A stretch of DNA of 63,927 nucleotides, counting the filler, from Choristocarpus tenellus KU-1152 (taxonomy: Eukaryota; Protista; Phaeophyceae), in assembly GCA_964200185.2 (NCBI GenBank). It is 11 parts of 11 records of this genome, joined end to end, with 100 filler letters (N's around TTAATTAATTAA, not from the genome) between each part and the next. Parts side by side here need not be neighbours in the genome. Positions count along the whole stretch, not along the records: positions 61,420 to 63,927 come from CAXNAD020027224.1; 10 more parts are not named here. One strand, 5' to 3'. Below are positions 63,045 through 63,927 of the stretch, in pieces; the first letter of the stretch is position 1; the number at the start of each line of letters is the position of its first letter. The position numbers and the translations under genes are program-made. The notes under the pieces were generated by a model. It saw only the letters and a program-made list of their open reading frames with translations, did not search any database and was not told the DNA's origin.

Positions 63045-63601
63045 ACATCGTGAAGAAACTCCAAAAAAATGGGATGCACTTACCAACGCTCCAGGGTATG
63101 TAGCACTAGTGGAGAACATGTTTGTATTTTACTATTATACTATTTTTCATGTACACATGGAGGGTTTTTTCAGTTGGATGCACAAGCAATACATGTCGAG
63201 TAGATTAGGAGCAATGTGGAGTGTGAGCAACGAGGCAAGCAAGAGAATGTCAGTGATATCGAGAGGGACTTGAAGGTAATCACAGAGGATCGTTGGGAAT
63301 AAAATCCTGGTGAGCTATTGGGAAGCATAATCAAACTAAGAGTGCTTCACTCTCTCTCGCAGAGATCGATTTATTATGAGGTAGGGTCAAGATGTGGGAA
63401 TCCTAGACTGTTTATTGTGAAACTTTGCCTACGTTTGCATAAATGCTGTTTTCTGAGGTATGATTGGCCGGTCCCAATTGAAGCGTAAATTAAAAAAAAT
63501 CATACGATGAAAATATTGTACTATTTTGTGGGTGGCTCCATACCTCTATGTACTACATATTGCAAGGATAAGGATATTTGTATGTGTGCATGTGTATCTC
63601 T

Positions 63602-63682
63602 GGCTCAAAGTATCTAGGGGGGGGTGGCGGCTGTCCAGTTGGGGCCAATTTTTTCATGTCACGATTTTTGTGTGTTTTGGTT
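63602..63682. mobile_element. MITE family B left half, interrupted by a family-A insertion
   Basis: GGCTCAAAGTATCTAGGGG...; the family-B consensus stops where the family-A TIR starts at 63683. Confidence 0.88.
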
Positions 63683-63927
63683 GAGCCAATGTATCTTAGA
63701 GGGTAGAGTCGCGTCCATTTGGGAGCCAATATTCAACTTTGCGATTTTGATGTAATTTTGACTATCGTATTTGTTAGGAAGTGTCAATATCCTTCTTCTG
63801 GACACAACTTTTCATAACATATGCATTTCACCTACTCCAAAACATTTTGGAGTAGAAAGATGTAATAAGAAACCCATGGGAAGCCAAGCCCCGAATGGAC
63901 AAACAGAGAAAAATTCATACCCTAACC
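63683..63927. mobile_element. MITE family A nested in family B, ending in CCCTAACC
   Basis: GAGCCAATGTATCTTAGAGGGTAGAG... The last bases read TACCCTAACC instead of consensus TACCCTCTAAG. Confidence 0.92.

Overview
Eukaryotic draft-assembly sequence: 11 unrelated contigs joined by artificial 100-nt spacers (N44-TTAATTAATTAA-N44), so gene order across spacers has no meaning. A brown-algal-type 5.8S rRNA fragment, intron-dense genes with short exons, a bipartite plastid-targeting peptide and TTAGGG repeats point to a brown alga or a close photosynthetic stramenopile (inference). Genes rebuilt by hand from splice sites and reading phase: a 13-exon plastid ABC1/UbiB atypical kinase (3' end outside the window), a CDPK7-like myristoylated EF-hand protein N-terminus, a Pumilio N-terminal region, a RING-H2 E3 ligase, a membrane protein with a DEG/ENaC-like pre-TM2 motif, three coiled-coil genes and a few hypothetical exons. 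The non-coding space is dominated by three non-autonomous TIR element (MITE) families, about 25 copies or fragments, sharing one terminal core (G-N4-A(A/C)AGTATCT...GGG) with 3-4 bp target-site duplications (TSDs). They nest into each other, show CpG decay, and in two copies have the same TIR site overwritten by telomeric repeat. Also present: a decayed RTE-type LINE, an internally deleted pogo-like transposase relic, a possible Helitron 3' end, decayed intronless ORFs of unknown origin, and many mini/microsatellites. No CRISPR array or tRNA was found. All homology calls come from motif recognition, not from database searches.
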